DNA of 64,000 bases, taken from assembly GCA_024408505.1 (NCBI GenBank), contig JAKSUZ010000006.1:2073-66072 (forward strand), read 5' to 3'. How positions within the stretch are numbered: the stretch's first letter is position 1; each line of letters starts with the position of its first letter. The notes under the pieces are model-generated. The model was given only the letters and a program-made list of their open reading frames with translations, searched no databases and had not been told where the DNA came from. A program made the position numbers and the translations under genes. This document shows positions 61,225 through 64,000 of this stretch, in pieces. This DNA comes from Bacilli bacterium (GTDB taxonomy: Bacteria; Bacillota_I; Bacilli_A; RFN20; CAG-826).

Positions 61225-62391
61225 ATGACTAAAAACATAAAATTTATTGCGCCATTAGCCTTAGTTGCTTTTGGTACACTTGCAAGTTGCGGTGGTGGAA
61301 AGAGTTTTTCCCATTTAAACCGCGTTGAGTACAAGGAAGTTAATTCGAAGGAATTGGTGCCACAACTCAATAAGATTTTTGAGAAACAGTATGCTGCTGG
61401 TGTTATTGCTAATTTATTCAAGAAAGGAACGATTAACCTAAATTATTCTATATCTTTAAACGGTGATGTCCGTGCATATATTGATGGTGTTGCACCTATT
61501 GATGTCAATGGCATTAACATTTCAGAGCAAAATAGTGTTACTTTCTCTTGGTCAATTGATGATGAGTATTTGAAAGCTACTAGTAAGACTGGTACTACTT
61601 ACATTATTCATGATAAAGCTGACAATAAATATTACAAATGTTTTGATATCGGTGATGGTCAAAAATATAAAGTGGATCTTTTTGAAGGATATAGTGATCC
61701 TTCTGACATCCCTTATTTCTCTGACATTGTAATTGCTGAAGCTGCAAAAAATTGTGGTTTATATTATGGTGGTATGGGAATGGGAGTTGCTTTTGGGCTA
61801 ACTGGTCAAGGAACAATGTGGGTCGAACCACAAACTTATGATTTCATTAATTTCTATGAAATACCTGGTGCTCTTGTTCTTGCTGATCAAAAGCTTCCAG
61901 AAACTCTTGGAGGCATCGCTATTATCATTGATGGAATCGATGAATTAGATGTTGGAACTGGTAAAGTTGGTAGTGATGGTGACGATAGCGTTTCCCTTAA
62001 TGTTGCTTTAACAAATCTTAATTTAGCAAAAATTCAAGATTATCTCGATAAATTAAAATTACCATTTGATCTTCCTGAAGGCTTAACTCTTGCTGGTAAT
62101 GCGACGCTTGATTATTTCTTTGCATTTGCCGAAAACTTCATCAAACAACAGGAATTGATTTTTGACTTAGACAAAGTTAGTTTTGTTTATGAATCGCTTC
62201 CAGAAGAAGATGATGATGACTACACTTATGTAAGCGCTGATTTCTCAGCAAATGCCTACATCGGAGAAGAAGTAATAAAAGATAAGTGTACAGTTGATAC
62301 AGTTAATACTAAAGACTATACGACCGTAAAACTCACTCCCGGTGGCAAAGATTATGAGCCAACCTTTATTGTGGAAGACTTTGTTTGTTAA
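61225..62391 (+). CDS. Hypothetical lipoprotein, paralog 1
   Basis: KNIKFIAPLALVAFGTLAS-CGG; ATG 61225 preferred to TTG 61216; shares KGTI, ITFSW-like, EAA(K/R)N and NFIKQQE with the next gene. Confidence 0.85.
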   Translation: MTKNIKFIAPLALVAFGTLASCGGGKSFSHLNRVEYKEVNSKELVPQLNKIFEKQYAAGVIANLFKKGTINLNYSISLNGDVRAYIDGVAPIDVNGINISEQNSVTFSWSIDDEYLKATSKTGTTYIIHDKADNKYYKCFDIGDGQKYKVDLFEGYSDPSDIPYFSDIVIAEAAKNCGLYYGGMGMGVAFGLTGQGTMWVEPQTYDFINFYEIPGALVLADQKLPETLGGIAIIIDGIDELDVGTGKVGSDGDDSVSLNVALTNLNLAKIQDYLDKLKLPFDLPEGLTLAGNATLDYFFAFAENFIKQQELIFDLDKVSFVYESLPEEDDDDYTYVSADFSANAYIGEEVIKDKCTVDTVNTKDYTTVKLTPGGKDYEPTFIVEDFVC

Positions 62392-62420
62392 TTAAATATA
62401 TTATATAAGGAGAAAAAAAC

Positions 62421-63659
62421 ATGAAAAACATTAAACTTATTGCTCCATTAGCCTTAGTTGCTTGTGCAACACTTGCAAGTTGCGGTGGTAGTACCAATCC
62501 GTTTACTCCACTCAAACGTCTTGATTATAAAGAGGTTTCAGCTACTGAATTGACAGAAGTGCTACATAGACACATTAGACCAAGTCAAGTTACTGTAGAT
62601 GCTGAGGGTCGCATTTTCCATACGAAGCCATCTGAGAAAGGTACTATCACTTTCAATTATGGAGTAGCAGCTACTGGTAAATTTAAACTTTTTGCACCTT
62701 CAATTGTTCCAACTATTGATTTAACTGGTTTAAAAGGCGGTCTTGCTGATACAATCACTTTTTCTTGGGAAAAAGATAAGATAAAAATTAGTGATTCTAG
62801 ATCAACTAGTTATGTCATGAAAACTAGTGATCACTACATTAAGTATTATGATGTTGATGGGAAGAAATATTGTGTCAATATCGACCCATTAATTTATGGC
62901 GAAGATACTTCTGAAAAAAATGAAACAACTATTATTAATTATTTCGACAATTATCTTATGGTTGAAGCCGCTAGAAATTTGGGTGTCTATATACCTCGTG
63001 TAACAGAAATAAAAGATGATGATACTGGTGAACATATTGCTTGGAATTATATGTTAGAAGGAGCTGGTTTTGATTTAACTGGTTTTGGAAATTATCTTAC
63101 TTGGGACTATAATGAAAATCCTAGAATAGGTGAGCCTGGTTTGAGATTATATACCCTTGAGAATGTTATTGCCCCTGGTCAATATTTATCTACAGGAAAA
63201 ATTGCTAGACTTCTACCAATCATTAAAGCGATTAGCGGCGGTTATTACAAGTTCGGCAGTAATGATGAAAAATCAGCATCTATTAATCTTGGTATTAAGA
63301 ATTTCGATTTATCAATTCTTCCTGGAATAATTGAGTCACTAGTCGGCTCTCGATATAGTGCGGATATCGATGCTTCTGGAACATTATCTGCCGATTACTT
63401 TGTCGCTTATGCGAATAACTTCATTAAGCAACAAGAAATCATTATTAATGCTAATGCAGCGAAATTAAGTGGTGAAGTATATCTAGATAAAGATAAAACG
63501 CAAACCCCAGTTCTCCTTGGAACTGCCGATGTCGCTCTTGATTTATCACTATACCTTGGTCAAGAAGTTACTGATGAAGCTAGTATCGAAGATATTAATA
63601 AAGAAGAATACGGTGATCCAATAATTATTGATCCTGTTGATCCAGCATTAATTCGATAG
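62421..63659 (+). CDS. Hypothetical lipoprotein, paralog 2
   Basis: MKNIKLIAPLALVACATLAS-CGG; AAGGAG SD; motifs shared with the previous gene. Confidence 0.85.
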   Translation: MKNIKLIAPLALVACATLASCGGSTNPFTPLKRLDYKEVSATELTEVLHRHIRPSQVTVDAEGRIFHTKPSEKGTITFNYGVAATGKFKLFAPSIVPTIDLTGLKGGLADTITFSWEKDKIKISDSRSTSYVMKTSDHYIKYYDVDGKKYCVNIDPLIYGEDTSEKNETTIINYFDNYLMVEAARNLGVYIPRVTEIKDDDTGEHIAWNYMLEGAGFDLTGFGNYLTWDYNENPRIGEPGLRLYTLENVIAPGQYLSTGKIARLLPIIKAISGGYYKFGSNDEKSASINLGIKNFDLSILPGIIESLVGSRYSADIDASGTLSADYFVAYANNFIKQQEIIINANAAKLSGEVYLDKDKTQTPVLLGTADVALDLSLYLGQEVTDEASIEDINKEEYGDPIIIDPVDPALIR

Positions 63660-63674
63660 TATATTTCATTAATT

Positions 63675-63706
63675 AAAAAGCAGGGCTTCGGTCCTGCTTT
63701 TTTTTA
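63675..63706 (+). terminator. Intrinsic (possibly bidirectional) terminator
   Basis: AAAAAGCAGGGC-TTCG-GTCCTGCTTTTTTTTT. Confidence 0.92.
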
Positions 63707-63757
63707 TACAATTTAACATTTAGTGTTTATTTAAATTATAGTAGATTAGATAAGGAA

Positions 63758-63931
63758 AGTTTAAGGATTTTAGCTCCCCTAGTGGTTTTATCTTGATCAC
63801 TAACAAGTTGTAATGGAGGAGCAGGCGTACATACATGCTTAAACCGCGATAATTATAAAGCACTTGATAATCAAACTGCTGATGATATTGATATCCAAGC
63901 GGTTATGAATGAATATCCAGAAAAGAAATAA
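63758..63931 (+). pseudogene. Decayed third copy of the lipoprotein family
   Basis: Translates SLRILAPLVVLS*SLTSCNGGAGVHTCLNRDNYK..*, aligning with NIKFIAPLALVAFGTLASCGGGKSFSHLNRVEYK; no start codon, internal TGA at 63794. Confidence 0.65.
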
Positions 63932-64000
63932 GTTTATTATAGCGTTTCTAATTTATTTGCGAGGTCTAGGCTTACTTTAACGCCCTGCTTAATCGTGTTA

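Noticed and set aside
63794-63796. TGA recoded as Trp (genetic code 4)
   Set aside because: Conserved Trp residues use TGG, and intact genes end in TGA within ATGA overlaps (13161, 21956, 23995, 45336).

Overview
Low-GC bacterial chromosome segment using the standard code (several genes end in TGA). Gene content (rpoE, ricT/yaaT, sufCDSUB, many lipoproteins) fits a reduced-genome, probably gut-associated member of the Bacilli; this is inference. The window opens inside a large NRPS (partial C-A-T-C-A-T-C-A-T-TE, 5' end outside the window) whose modules share long near-identical DNA blocks. Next is a ~1.7 kb accessory patch: a decayed InlB-B-repeat lipoprotein, an 89-aa ORF between 30-bp direct repeats, and a 21-codon hydrophobic ORF missing from the ORF track with the architecture of a type I toxin-antitoxin locus. 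The middle is mostly housekeeping (ychF, ispF, argS, rpoE, fba, feoAB, dnaX-recR-tmk-holB-ricT-rsmI, SUF, gltX, two tRNAs, mnmG-rsmG, parAB). The right end has xylA/xylB divergent from an Mgl-type sugar ABC operon whose two binding lipoproteins look circularly permuted at an unusual cut point, then an array of paralogous lipoproteins ending in a pseudogene. No CRISPR array, rRNA, transposase, integrase or reverse transcriptase was seen.
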